Assembly (NCBI GenBank): GCA_040954595.2
Contig: CM082593.2
Span: forward strand, 6,270,172-6,334,171
Origin: Balanoglossus misakiensis
Taxonomy: Eukaryota; Animalia; Hemichordata
Direction: 5' to 3'
Length of the DNA: 64,000 bases
In this document: one piece after another, positions 45,291 through 59,653 of the stretch
Numbering within the stretch: position 1 is the first letter of the stretch
How the letters are laid out: every line of letters begins with the position of its first letter
Position numbers and translations under genes: made by a program
The notes under the pieces: generated by a model
What the model was told of the DNA's origin: nothing
Seen by the model: the letters and a program-made list of their open reading frames with translations, nothing else
Databases searched by the model: none

Positions 45291-48200
45291 ATGATCAAAC
45301 TGTTATTGACCTTATAATTAGCTGTTGTTGGCCTTGTTTGTTATTGTGTGAGTCGTACATGTACTGTTGTATAACCTCACCTGTGATAGAACTTCGCTCC
45401 GGGTCGGTCGCTTTGATGAATTGACCCAGCATTTCAGTGGAGGACGGTTTCTTTTCTGTGAAGTGTGTAAAGGTTTTTTATATTTATTAAGAAGGAGTTG
45501 ACTCTTTTATCGATTGTACAAGGTGTATATGGACCTGACATTCTGTAGATTTCACAGGACTTCAGCTGTTCTCATTATATGTTGCCCTTCCCAGGATGAA
45601 AATACAAGTTTTTCCAAAGTCCATTTTTTGCTAGACAGTGATTTTGGAATTTCCCATGTCAGTGTGCTCTTCATTGAGCTGGCTATCATTGTCCAAGATA
45701 GAAAATCTTGACATGTAGAGGTCATTGTAAAACTCTAATAAAAAATTCAAGTATTACACTTCTTCAGATATTACCAAACAGGTTCTATATGGTTTGTAGC
45801 CCATTTTCTGATGCAGATTTTACCATGATGTAGATTGAAAAAAAATTCACTGTCTAGACTATGGCTGATTGTTCTCCTAATAAAACTTGGGTGGAACTCC
45901 TCAACTGTGTCTTGTGGACGTAGTTTAACATTCCTGGTCGTGATTTGTAAATAGTTTTGAAGTGTGGTCCACTTCATTGTGGAGTCTTTCTTAATCTCGC
46001 ATACCATGACTGACAATAAAAGCATTCAGGTTTTGGAAGTAGCAGGCAAGGAGGTTCTCGTCAGTCTGAAAGAAAAAAAAAATGACCTTCAGTCATATTC
46101 ATTTCGTTGTACGACTTTAAGTGCTTGCTGTAACTTGTATGGAATGATGGTGAACTTGACTTGGCTGTAACATGAGCCTGCTTTGTCACAGTTTTTAACT
46201 CAAGGTCAGACTTGAATCTCAGATTTTTAAGGTCAGATTTGTAAAAAGTATGAGCTAAATTTCTAGAAAAAAATCATCAGAAAATGGAATGGTGGAAATG
46301 AAAGAAGCAGAGTTATGAATAAAAAAGACCAATTTTAAAAAAATTTAAAGGTAGCAGTAACTTGCTTATTTCACTCTTGGCCAGGCAAACATTTTTTTAA
46401 AACTCACAAGCATGTCAAATGCTAATTAGTATTCAACTCGTCAGCAAAGTATTATTTACATGTATGTGTCAAGTGCAGTTTTATCAATGACATTTGAATT
46501 TTATTCCGGTCCAAAATTCAGTCATAAAAGTAACGAAATATGTAGGTGATCTCTTGGTGAGTTGTCTCACATTTTGTAGTTCGCACTTATTTGCTCAGTG
46601 ACAAATTAATTAACCTCCATCCATCTCTCTGTTTGATTCTCCACAGGCCGAACTTGGTCAAGAGACTTGGGAGGATTCAGGTAAGGTTTGATTTATTGCT
46701 CTCAGAAGGTCTAGACAGAAGTTATGCAACCTTGTCTGGGCGGTAAAGTCCTGCAGCTGTCGCTATGATATATTGCATGACAACCAACAGTTGCCATGAC
46801 GGCACTCTGATGTTTGTTTGTTGAAAGTTAGAAAAAACTCACAGAGAAGAATTTTACTTTAAAGTTTCCAGTAAAAAAGTGTTTATAAAGAAACTGGGAC
46901 ACGGTAACCGGCAAATGAATTTTAGTTTCACACCATCAGCTGTGCACATTTTATTTTACCTCAGTGTATTGGTCTTTTGTCACTGTGGAATGCTATTGAA
47001 TCCCGGATGTTTGTCAGTCCCGAAACAACACTGAATCTCATTGACTTGAACTATCTGGAACCACGCTGACAAAAACCACACACACACATAAATGACTACA
47101 AGGCTGTTTTAAAAAATGCACGCTACGCCAAAGGTGGCATTATACGATGCTTGTGTATATACGGTATATGCCCGGGCAGGTACGTTAGGCCAGAAGCGTG
47201 ACGGAAACACTGTTTATCCCAGGTTGGATTACAGTATCTGGGATAATGTAACACAGGCACTGGTCTTATGGCGGTGGCTGCTTTACTCTATAAGCTTGAG
47301 CAGATTTTCCCGGGAGAGAAGCAGAAAAAAAACCTGATAAAAGTAGAAAGAATGACCTTAGACTTGAATGACCTACACGATGGCATTGCGGAAAAAAACC
47401 TTCAGCCTCCAGGTTCTGCTTTATACATGGAAAAATGTCCTCGTGAAAGCGACAACCTTAGGGCCTGACCTCTGAAATCCTTTGACTTAATTGGCATACT
47501 TTGTTCATGACAGCACAGCAGAACAGGTAACTGCTTATATGTAAATACCGGGCGCACAATCGTGTTGTCACGTCTGGCTGCTTGAAGGGTCGCGGCGAAG
47601 GCATGCGAATAACTGTAAAACCATAAACATTTGCGACAGGAAATTTCGCGATATCGACAGAGGTGACTATTTTGCGACGATTAATTTTCACGTTCTCTTT
47701 ATCTCCGAATAACATTCTATTATACACATTATTCTTTTGCAACTATTTATTTTGGCCTGTTTTGGCTGTCGCGAAGTCCACGCAAATTGATCATTCGCGA
47801 AGATTTCCAGTTTTACAGTATGCAGTCTCAAGTTGCAGGTACTGTCTGCGCGTTTTTCGTCGCTTGTCGTTCCGAAGTCAATAAAACCGGACAAAGGTTA
47901 CCACACACACTGGTTTTCTCCTCAGGAATCTGTGCCCGCTCTCAAGGATGGATACACTTGGCGTGTTTCTGCAGTGGGCAACCCCCCGATCGCTGTGTCT
48001 AATTTACTGTTATTGGCCGGGTCGGGGTCACATAGTTTAAACTGATTTAGCTTCCGAGCGTTTCACCTGCAACTGGGGTTTTGTGTGTGTGATACATGCG
48101 TTAATGCTTACAAACAGCTGAGCCCTTTCAACAGGACCACTTCAGGGCCTAGTGGAATCTGCAGAGAGTGGTGCTTTAGGTCAGAAGTTTTTTTCTGCAG

Positions 48201-51200
48201 CCAAAGACTAAAATCACTTTCTTTGACTTTACTGAGCTGGTAGTGGATGGTGGAAAACAGAATGTCAAGACACAGTCAGTGTGTGACTCGACTGTGGTCA
48301 AGCTCATTGAGAATAAAATAGGACCACTATAGACAAGGAAAGCTAGACCACTAGGAATACTTTGCTAGTGGTCCCAGGACCATTCGTGAAAGATTATCTT
48401 CAGAAATTTGAATGTTATGCAGTTGCTGCTAACATGAAACCTTGCGAGCGATTAGTCGATCATTCGAAGGATATTACCATGTTTAATTATGTAATCGATG
48501 TCGGTATTATGTCATTTGACAGATAATTGAAATGTTCAAAGTAGTTTTGGAGAGCTTGTTACAACTATTGATGTACTGTGATTGGATCTTTTAATGGAAA
48601 TGCTGGCCCAGTGTGTGCTTGGCGTACTGCAGAGCGGAAAGCATATAGATTTATGATCAACAGCCCATCAAGTCTAAAACACAAGGAGGAAAACTATCAA
48701 TTGTAACGAATATTGGCCTAGGTCTCACAGCAATCTACCCAGCACCTCATGAGAGTTTCTGTAAATACACAAAATTACAGACCAAATATTTAATAAACCT
48801 GAGCTGTGGGATTTTTTTAAACTTCCCATGGTGTTGTAGCATTCGGATGTTTGTCTAAATTTACACGAGAGAACGGAATTATTTTACTGTTAGGCGTATC
48901 ATTTTTTTTATTTATGCCTTTCCAGGATTTCCTGTTATAATATAGATACCACATCACCATGGAAACGTTTCATTCCAGACAGACGTAAGATACTGACACT
49001 CTAAAATAAAACACTTAACCAGTAGTGCATGGTCTTCAAGAATTATAGTAATATTTACAGTTAATGGCTATTTCATGTTGCAGATGTAATCAGGTTAACA
49101 TGTGGGCTATAAGGTCATCAGTTTGTTTGAATTTCGTTGTATACATCTTTGTGTGTTTTGATAACCCATTGTGTGTATAATCTGTCTGTGTAGGGCTGTC
49201 TCTACCGTAGACAGGTCCTGTGGGCCAAGTGGGTGTGTAGGCTAATATAGACATTGACAGGCTCCCCTGAAATAAATCAGATGTTTCTCACCAGTGCCAC
49301 TCTTGACAGGCAAGCAGCTATAATCTTTGCAGAGTGCAGAGGGATTGAAATGCTTTTAGTTGGCTGGTGGATACAGTGCTCTTGCATGAAGAATTTCTGT
49401 ACATGTAATTTTATACTTGGATAAAAATATTAATCTAAATCTATTTAGTCTATTTTTCTGATGAAAAGGATTGGTTTTGAGTGGGAGACTGCAGGCCACA
49501 GACAGTGAAGTACACTGCATGTGTTAAAACACCTGGAATTGAGTGTTAAATACAGACCAGTCAATGTTTTTGGTGAGGTAAATAAAAGTCATGTAGACAA
49601 CTACCAAGAACAAATTTGCAACTGCTGTATGGTCTGTGTGACGCTTCACTGGGTTCATTGGGATCAAAACACCGTAAGTCACTCATTTAGAGTGCCCTTT
49701 GCCTCTAATGATGAAACGCTTGACCGGTCCAGATGGTAATTACAAACTACAGCGCATTGAACCCACCATTAACTCTTGTTTTTCATCTGAGATGATTATC
49801 CCAACTGTTCAACTCAAAGACAGCCGATAGTACTGTTCGCGTAGATGTATAGAATGCTATTGAGAGAGCTGACACTATTGGCTAGTTTCCCAGTTCAGTA
49901 GCACACACAGAGTTCCCTTTTCACAATAACCTTGGCGGAGATACCTGTGAATTAACTAACCAGCAGCTCATCTTGTTCCATATTCATGTAGAGATGCTTC
50001 AAATGTTTATTGCATTAGACGTACCGGTACAGTCCCATACAATACCTACTTTGATCAGAGTGCTTTGAAACTCAAACTCGCCACTTCAAACCCACAATTT
50101 CCCATAACCTGCGCTGTCGGTCTTTTAAGTTTTCTTCTGGGTTTAACTTTCCAATACTCGATATCGAAATCGACCCTGATCTTATTTCCCCTCGAGGTGC
50201 ATCGCAGCTTTTGTCGTTTCCGTCTGAACCTGCATGAATCTGAGGTCATTCCATTGGTGGATATGTGCATTACCTGTTTATTCCAGGACTAGCTGGCATG
50301 CTTGGCTTAAAATTTAGTTTAGCCAGTCTGCATATCCTATAAAACCCCAATTGCAGGATAGATGTCCAGACCTAGCTGCCACACTGAGTGCATATACCCA
50401 GTACAGTATAAGCAATATTTCAATGATGGTAATACTGCAGTCCATCGTATTGTTACGGTCATTGCATATTATTAAACGTACCTTAATTACGCTTTGGTCT
50501 GCAGTGTGCTGGAAATTAATTAGCATCAATTAGCATTCAATGAATTAACCGCAGAAGTTGCATATGTCAGTTGGAACAGTACCGGTATTCTTTTCTTGCT
50601 TTGGCAATTAGCCAACAAGTGAGATATGTCAGAAGTCAAGAACTAGCTACAAAGAATTGAGAAAGAAAGAACCAATGATTTATTCTGTGAGCGACCTGAT
50701 TATTCAGTGCATGCATTGTATTCTGCTAAACATTTTCCTTCACTGCCAGATGTCAATTCTCACTCTCATGGAAGGTTATAATGATTGTCCGCTGTTCATG
50801 GTTTTCAAAGCTATTTGTAGCAGTTCTGTTTGACATGTTAGGTGAACAATTTGGTTTGGGATGGTTCACATATGTGCGTACTAATTAACTTGGTGATTGA
50901 GGCAGAAATCTCACAGTTTTACCTCTGGAATGTGTTTATCTTTCGTTCTTAAAGTTTAATCTTGCCTGGGAGCCCACCCCCGCGCGAGATATTTTCAGAA
51001 ATTGGTCATCTGAACCTTATCATTCAGGGTGTTACTTCACTTCTACTCTGGAAATAGAGTTTTGATAAGAAACATTGTTTTTCGTACAGTACAGTTCCAA
51101 AAAGTGGGACTTCTCCAATATGATATTCCAAATGGAACTGGAAAACTACTGGTAGTTTGAATTTCTTTTTTCAGTATGATACAATTGAGTTATGTACCAA

Positions 51201-54200
51201 AAATGATATAAAAAACTTGCATATTAATTATGCAAATATTTTAATGACATAATTTCTGGTATATACCAAAAATGGTGTCATCCAAACATTTGCATATTGG
51301 GTTGGAAAGCAGTAACTTCAGTTACATAATTGGTGGCATGTGTGATGTCATTAAAAGTATTATGGGTTATTTTTCTCTTTTGGCAGGAACCAGGCACTGA
51401 TATGCCACAAGTTGGTGATTTTGTATCACATTATAGCAGAACAACAGAAATAATTGTTTAGACCAAACAAGAGGTACTGAAATCCCCATCACCCCAAGAG
51501 AATGGCTGATCAAGCATGTCTCTTTAACAAGCGCAGTTACAATAACTCTGAGGGGGTTTCATTTGTATTTTTCATTTCAACATGGGAAGATAAGTTACTC
51601 TAAATACCACGTTGGTGACAACGTAATTGATAGTCGGGTCGTTAAGTTTATGGGTGTTGTTGCCATTTGGGTTGGTGTCCACGCTAAATTTTGTTAATTT
51701 GTCTTGGAAGGGGATCACTTTCACATGACCCAGTTGCTAATATCAACCCAGGTCTATCAGTTCAAAGCTTTCAATAAAACACAGTCCTTTCATGATTAAC
51801 AATTCTCTCGTTAATAGAACTATAGACAAGGCTAAAAGGCCATAATGTTATTTTAATTTAACGTAGGATGTGCCTCGACAATCAAAGTCTTAAACTTTTT
51901 TTCGGATGATGTTCGTGGTCCGCTATGCGCATTCACAACAAAGAATCATGCGATTGTGAGTTATATCACATAAGATCCCAGGGACATCGCGCATGCAGCC
52001 ATGCACTGTGGACCATGGTCATCATGCAAAGTGACGTGCACCTGTGTCCTTCACCACCATTTTGGGCTGGTGTCATAGAAAATCACTCTGAAGGTGATAT
52101 AGTGTTTGCTGGCCAACTTGTAATGTATGTGCCATGGTGTCAGCATAAATCTTCTCTTGTCTGAGACTTTGGTTGTATGATGGGTGACAGTTACATGACA
52201 TAAAACTGCAGTACTGATGTGCTTTTAGCGATCTCATGGGACTTTTCAACCTCCAGGAAAGAGTCTCTCGGGAGATAATAAAAAACCACAGAACCCTGAA
52301 ATTGCTGATAATTGGCATTGGATACATGCATCCTACACGATATCCATTCATCATGGTTTTTAGAGTGTGACCATTTACTATATGTAGTTCAAGTACTACA
52401 GCAGACTTTATTCACCCTTTTTTTCTCGGGGTGTTGATTTTTGTGAGGTCTTTATTCACAGAAGGAGGCGTGCCGGACAGCCCAGGTCACATCAACATGT
52501 GCCCTTGTCGCAATCGCGTGCAGGAAAAAGTCGTTTGTTTTAAGGATGTGTCGTGGTCATGGTGATGAATAGTCAACAAAGTGTCCCGTCTGTCCAGCAT
52601 TATAGAAGGGATGAATTGAAATGAAACTCACAAGATGTCAGCTCGAGTGGCATTTATGTCACTTCCACGTCCAATGTGGGTGGTTTCTGTTGTGTGCTAA
52701 TATTTGTATGACTGTCAGGACAGGTGACAATTAACGCTGTAATATATGGTGTATGTGCAACAGAGCTGATATTGGGTGGGGATGGGCTGCTTAGGGACAA
52801 AGTACCTGGTTGTATTAAAGGGACAAAGTACCTATCTTTTTAACATTACTGGTTGAATTAAAGGGACAAAGTGGTGGTGTTTATGGTGGGGGGTTCTCCT
52901 GTATTAGTCTAATTCTACCTGACCAATAAGGCCTTATTTACATCCATTGGCCAAAAGCAAGTATTTCTTCAAGATTCTGTTGCGGACGGGAGTCAATTTT
53001 TGGCCATTTTTTCACGTCTCTGTGTGGTTTGAACTAGGTCACTTCTATCCATAAATGACACACTCTACTACCGGTACACCCGGCCAACTCATCCCAACCA
53101 GGGACATGACCTACAAAACAAGAGGATTTCAAGAATCTCAAAAATGCCAAAAGTTAAATGCACAAGTTGCACATAAGTATATCATTCAGCTACAGTATAG
53201 TGTTACATATTTTAGTTTTGGTCCTTACATGCATGTGTCGTCTGAGTGAACATGTGTTTGGCTGTTTTCCCAAACACGCTTTCACTTTAGTAGCGAAATT
53301 TGTTAAAATTTCTTAAGTGCATATACACATGTCCAGTGCTTCATTCATTCATTCATTCATTCATTCATTCATTCATTCATTCATTCATTCATTCATTCAA
53401 TCATTCATTCATTCATTCATTCATTCACTCACTCATTCATTCAAGCATTCACTCATTCATTCAAGCATTCACTCATTCACTCACTCACTCATTCATTCAT
53501 TCATTCATTCATTCATTCATTCATTCATTCATTCATTCATTCATTCATTCATTCATTCATTCATTCATTCATTCATTCATTCAAGGGAAGATTCTGTGAA
53601 ATTTAGCTGGCCACTGCATTTTCCTATTACTGTTTCAGTTTGATTTTAAAACCTAATACCTGTTTGCATGTATTGATGCATTTTTTCATACGTGTAGAGC
53701 AAAAAGTCAACGATCCCACAGTGCATGATTCACCAATACAGAACGCATGCGTTTGCTTTCTACACTTCCAACACCCACTAATTGCTTCTGATTTTATCAC
53801 CAGCTCCATCAGCACATATGTTGGGAAAGAATTCCAGCTTGCCAGCGCATACCGTCACAGCAAGAAATAAATTGGTAGATGCCGGGCTGCTGGTCTGCTG
53901 TATATTTAGCGACCGTAATTCTTGACCATGCCTGAAATAATATCCATTAGCATGTGTGAAACGTATTTATCTACCAGGGCTTCATGCACTGTGAAATTTT
54001 ATCCTGTTATATGCTCGTTAATTCTTAGCAAAGAATATGCGACTGATTGATGCTAACGGGCTGTTGCGATAAAAATATGTTATAATTGTTGCATGTTTCA
54101 TGATTGTTTCCATGCGTTTGATTTTGTTGGCGTGGGTAGATTCATCGACCACAGCAGGGGGCCTGTCTTTCTCTGGTATCATCCAGTACACTTGATCCCC

Positions 54201-55277
54201 ACATAAGTGGACACTGGAAAATATATAAAATACACGCAGTGTTACAATGCGGCCTCTTTGTTATAATGGTGACAATCAGAGACACTGATGGAAACACAGT
54301 CAGTCGGCCTGACCTTGTAATTGAGCCACGGTGACCTCGATCAAGGTCAGAAGTGTTAATTATCTTAGTCTTTCTGAAGTTCACATGGCATAACTCGGAT
54401 TCAGATAGTCTGAACATGTGGAATCACTTAGCAGTGAGTGCTGCTCTCCCATAATGATACTGTACCTCGTAATTACCATCACAAATTAATAGGCTGTGTG
54501 GTTTTATTAGGGTGCTGTGTCCCTTGAGATTGACCAGTTGTGACATATTACGGATCAATAAACTTAGTCAAATTTCATCTGCAAACTAGAAGAGTATAGT
54601 GTTTATCTTCACAAATTGATCATGTCGATACAGTCATATTGAACCTTTGTGGGCTATACACCAGTCTTATTTGCATAACCGCAACTTCATTGTTGTGTGT
54701 GATCTTGGTACTTCAGACTAGACTCTATACGACCTGGAAAGAAGGTCACAGTTTCTGAGCAGTGCAGATTGATTTTTAGGTTTGAAAAGTGAGTAGATTC
54801 CTTTCAGATGAATTTTGGTAATCTGTTTAGAATATTCAAACTTGACTAACATCAGTTATTGCTGTGGTTGTGATTTGAAGGTAAACCAAAATCAATACAG
54901 AAAATGTTTGGTTGTTGCACTCTGGTGTTATTGGTTATTGATCATGCTGAAATACAAGTACTAGGTCTCAATGGGTGGTCCAATGCACATGAGCAACTCT
55001 ATATCAACTTGTATGTCAGGGGATTCCAACTTGGAGGTCTTGTGTACTGTACCCATTCACGTGGCATTGGGTGTCAATGAATGAAACCACTTGACCAAAT
55101 CCCCACCTCAAGACACCCATTCGCTTTCAAGGAGATGTGAAATGTGTACGTTGATGGCCCCATTGGATGATGAATCATCATCATCATCGTCGTCGTCGTC
55201 ATCGTCATCATCATCATCATCATCCCCGTCATCATCATCAACATCATCACCACCACCACCACCATCATCACCATCAC

Positions 55278-55345
<68 letters not shown>

Positions 55346-55930
55346 CCATGCATCGTCGTCATCATCATCATCATAATCACCATTGCCGTTGTCGTTGTCG
55401 TAATCATAATCATCATCATCACCACCACCACCACCACCACTACCCTGGAAAAGTTCTAGCATTTTGAATTCCCTAGTGTTCAAACCTTGTTGAAATCTAG
55501 CCATGTCTGTTGAAAGGAATTGTGTCAGAAACTGAGCTTAGGTACTGTGTGGGTTTCTTGTGTCAGACATGTTGCTTAGGATGTGTACTAGGCTTTGAAA
55601 TCTGAAACACTTGAGAGCATGTGCCGGGTGCGGATAGATGTGAACCATCTGAAGTTCGGAATGTCACTTTTGGTACATTTGGGGCTTGAGTAAACAATGC
55701 CCCAGGCATCTTTGCTGTGAAATATTCTTGGTGTAATTCAGTACGTTGGTTTGTACTTGAATTTGAGTTGCAGGGAGAGTTGTTTAAAGGAACTGGTATT
55801 GACGTGAAAAACCAATATGGGATGGCTCTCTGTGTTGGTATAAGTTCTTGGATTTCTTTAAATTTAAAAAAACATTTTTGGTAAATTGATGGTATTATAC
55901 AGATAATTCTTGTAGGAATGTTTGCCATTA

Positions 55931-56006
<76 letters not shown>

Positions 56007-59000
56007 CTACCACTATGACCCATTTTTCTTCATGTTCATGGAAATATACTGGCTAGTATTGGTCTACATGGCCTGAATCTTTTTAGTATTTATAAAGACA
56101 TCCCAACAGTTTTATGTTTTCGAACCATAATAATTAAACTAAGTAAAACATTGTTCACTTATTACAACTTTTCTCACTACACCAGTATATTTGGATTAAA
56201 GTATAACATTTTAGGAGAGGTTTTAGGTGTATGTGGATTCACTCAACATGTTTTATGTAACACATACACCAGTCTAAATACTTGCCTTGCCGTGGGTGGT
56301 AACTTAAACATTCATGTGTTCAGCGCACTTGTAAGGTATCTTTGCAACTATAGCTACCAGACGTTAAATCTAGAACTTTATGATTGTGTTGTTCAGATTA
56401 CATGACATCTGTCTAGGATCTGGTCAGGGATTGGAAATCCTCTGTGGGCTTTAGGTTTGGTCTGTGTCTGGCATTTGAAGTCAGTGTTATATGTCTTAAT
56501 CTCTATGCCCCAATATCAACAGCAAGAGTTCCAACTGGGTCGACCAGTGCGCCCTCGAAAGTGAGGGTATATATTGTCCCTTTCGCCAGAATATATATAT
56601 ATTTTTTTTTTGGGGGGGGGGGGGGCATTCCACTCTGGAAAAGAGGGGCTGTAATATCTCAGACTCTAGTGTGTTAGTGGCATTATTTTAAGAGGTGTTC
56701 ATTGTCACGGACCCCTGACATAATTGCTAGGGGGAGCCAACATGTCGATGGGTGAATCACACCTGATCCCCCATCTTGGTGAAAAACCGTCGTCTGCTTG
56801 TTTAGAGGACTCATTGGACTGGGACCATGATAGGTGTTAACAGATCCAAGAAGTGAACCACTATAGTACATGTTTATGGTTCAAATTTAGGCCAGGTCTT
56901 AAGCACTGCCTCCAGCACCATGTAGTTTGACTCTGGTCTGACATAGTGCATCCACACTGATTTATTTTGAACTGACAAATAAAGCCATATAAACAATGAA
57001 AATCTTTCAGGTGTGTTGGCCCCACCATGTTTACATTTCCCACATACCGGTACCTGTCACGCTGACAAATTAACTCACAGCTGTTCTTGTATTCTACGAC
57101 AGATCCGTGCGCCACAAAGAAATGCAAGAAGCCTCCAGGGTCTATGTGCCAGGTGGCATATAAGGATGGGCGGGCAACAGCAGAGTGCGTGTGTCCGACA
57201 GAGTGCCCGTCCTCTAAGGACCCTGTCTGCAGTGTGTATGGGCGAGAGTATGACAATGAGTGTCAGCTCTATCTGGAGGCTTGTAAGAAGAGGAAGCATA
57301 TCGGTGTGGCGTACCGAGGAAAATGTATTGGTGAGTGATGTACAATATCTAGTTTTGTTACTTTTATTTTATTTTTTATTTAAAGCCTCAGTATTTCTCG
57401 TAGGGGCAAAATTTTGTTTGAAACGGCATCTATAATTTCTAAAAGTAGATGATAATTGATACTGAATCGAACAGTCATCATCCCCAGCTCTGCTCATAAA
57501 CTCATACAATTTACAATATAACGAGTGAAGAATGACTTTCTGTCCGGACAGAAAGTCACGTGAGTGTTGACACACGTGACTAGTGCGCAATGCGCACTCA
57601 AATGTGAATCTATGCGGAAGAGGTTTGGTCGCCCCAAATCAAGCGACTCAGCGAAGAAATGCGCACTAATTCGGCGAAATTTTGGGAAGATAACTTTATG
57701 GGAGAAATCAGTCGATGGAACCAGATCAAATCCGAAAATGGTCTGACCATCAAAATGTCAAAGTGGCACGTTTGCTGATCGACATGTACAACATTTCCGT
57801 TGTAAACAAACCCGCGCATCATTTCAAGTGTTACGGGCAATATTTACAGCTTGCACGTAGCTACAGTTGCCCAAACCTTTCTTCTATCTTCATTATGTAG
57901 TATTCCATGATGAATGTACAGGAAAAACGGGCATTTTTCGATGATGAAAAATGGATTCACACGAGAAATACTGGGGCTTTAAATCAGGATTTAAAATACA
58001 TCCGATAGAACAGCTAAAATGTAGTTAGCGCAACGGCATAGACAGTCTGAAACACAGCAACAAAAGACAATGAAAACAACACAAGACAAACAAACAAAAA
58101 AACAGTAATAAAAAATTGACAGAACAGTGATAAAAAAGTCAATAAAAAAACAGTAAAAAGACAATCCGCTGGTACACCCAGACTGTCTGAAAATTTAGAC
58201 ATTTTTATTACAGTGAAACCTGTTTATTAAGGACACCTCTTGGACCAAAAAATGTCCCTAATAGAGAGGTGTCCTTAATAGACAGGTAATGTTCTATTCA
58301 AACTGTGACTTTTGTCTTGAAAATTTTGTTCTTAATAGAGACGTGTCCTGATGATTAGAGAGGTGTCTGTAATGACAGGTTTCACTGTACATCTCCTGAG
58401 TCATCTGTGATTCAGTGCAAAACTTTCCGTGATTAATTTTGTGGCACATGGCTGTATTTGTGGTCTCTTTTTGCAGCCACCCAGGGACCGTGCGAAGACT
58501 ACGAGAGCGAGCAGTTCCCACACCGTCTGCTGCAGTGGTTCCAGCATTTGAAGGAAGTGGATGAGTTTGGCACTGTTGATCGTGAGAGCAGCATCGTGAC
58601 AATGGATGTGCAGAAGAGAAAAGAATTGGCCAAGGTATTAATTATATAACCCTTCACCCCCAGTTCCCTCTGTAGAGGTCCAGCCTTACCGTAGAAAACA
58701 GTGGGTTTGGACTGAACCATGGTGGTGAAAGGGGCGGGTTAAAGGCAATAATTGTCATGCATGCACTCCTGTGTTCTTCTCTGTATATCCACAAATAGCC
58801 AGAGAGGGCAATATGTCTTGCAAAGGGACTGATGTAGATTTTCAGACTTTTGTTGAAATTTGTACATGTAATTGGATGTCACTGACCGTGATCTTTCGAG
58901 CCAGTGTCAGCTTTACTGTAAAGCAAGAATGGAAGCATGGTCCTTGCTTGATTTTGTAAATAAAAACCTCACTAAGAAAGCAGGATATGTTAGGATTTAT

Positions 59001-59653
59001 CCAGGATGGTAAAAGACATTTTTACAACATATTGATGAGAATTTTCAACCTCGCTTTCTTTCAGTGGAAATTCGAGGAGTTGGACCGCAAGGGGGATGGA
59101 AAATTGGTGCGCCGCGACCTGAAGAACTTCCGCTACGCCCTGATGCCACTGGAGCACTGCGCGGCCCAGTTCTTCAACGGTTGTGATGGCGACGGAAACA
59201 AGAAGATCACGCTTGAGGAGTGGTATGAGTGCCTGGAAGTTGAAATTTGTGAGTATATATTTCAGGATCATTGAAAAATACAATACAACGTTGTTCGGAT
59301 ATCACTGTAATGTTTGAGGTCGCGTTAAATCAGTACACCATTCTCGGGTGTAGATTCTCAAATTGATTTGGGAAATTAGACTGACAGTAGACAACCAGAC
59401 ATATGTGTACTACAAGTACTGGTTAGCAGATTCAGGTGATGACAACCAGATGTAAACAGTTATTGAAACAGCTAGACTGAAATGAATTCGTTAACACAAG
59501 GTTATGGGAGACGGAGTGAAATGCAGATAAGGTTATAATGACCTGAAGGTGATTTGGACAACGGAACAGAACAAGGACACCTAAAGTTGCAAAGAATTTG
59601 AACTCATTCTGTTTTTTTTATCTTTGTTTCTTTTTTATTCAGATGAAGACTAA
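45291..59653 (+). CDS. SPARC-family secreted protein (signal peptide, follistatin-N/Kazal, extracellular Ca-binding EF-hand domain, no long acidic domain); in-frame TAA in the signal-peptide exon of this sequence
   Basis: Phase-consistent exons: 45291-45347 (MIKLLLTL*LAVVGLVCYC), 46647-46680 (AELGQETWEDS), 57103-57330 (DPCATKKC..CVCPTECPSSKDPVCSVYGREYDNECQLYLEAC..YRGKC), 58477-58634 (CEDYESEQFPHRLLQWF), 59065-59248 (WKFEELDRKGDGKL..LMPLEHCAAQFFNGCDGDGNKKITLEEWYECL), 59643-59653 (YED*). The domain exons are confident; the two 5' exons are less so. Confidence 0.85.
47613..47818. mobile_element. ~205-bp MITE with CTGTAAAAC termini (Tc1/mariner-like, TA flank)
   Basis: Imperfect TIRs CTGTAAAACCATAAACATTTGCGA / TCGCGAAGATTTCCAGTTTTACAG followed by TA. 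The left flank is AA. Confidence 0.55.
53340..53583. repeat. (TTCA)n microsatellite
   Basis: Read directly. Confidence 0.95.
55167..55440. repeat. (CAT/CGT/CAC)n compound trinucleotide microsatellite
   Basis: Read directly. Confidence 0.95.
55934..56006. repeat. (CAT)n microsatellite
   Basis: Read directly. Confidence 0.95.
57384..57978 (-). mobile_element. ~600-bp non-autonomous DNA transposon with TTAA TSD (Kolobok-like), copy 2, inverted relative to copy 1
   Basis: Same TIRs as copy 1, with TTAA at 57380-57383 and 57979-57982. The body is the reverse complement of 43624-44226 with few differences. Confidence 0.88.
58211..58387. mobile_element. 177-bp pogo/Tc1-mariner-type MITE with TA TSD
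   Basis: TA-CAGTGAAACCTGT..GACACCTCT / AGAGGTGTC..ACAGGTTTCACTG-TA, with internal AGAGAGGTGTCC subrepeats. Confidence 0.8.

Noticed and set aside
52790-52875. Three copies of TTA(AA)GGGACAAAGT
   Set aside because: They resemble stacked TTAA-type transposon ends, but no partner TIR was found. Too short to call.
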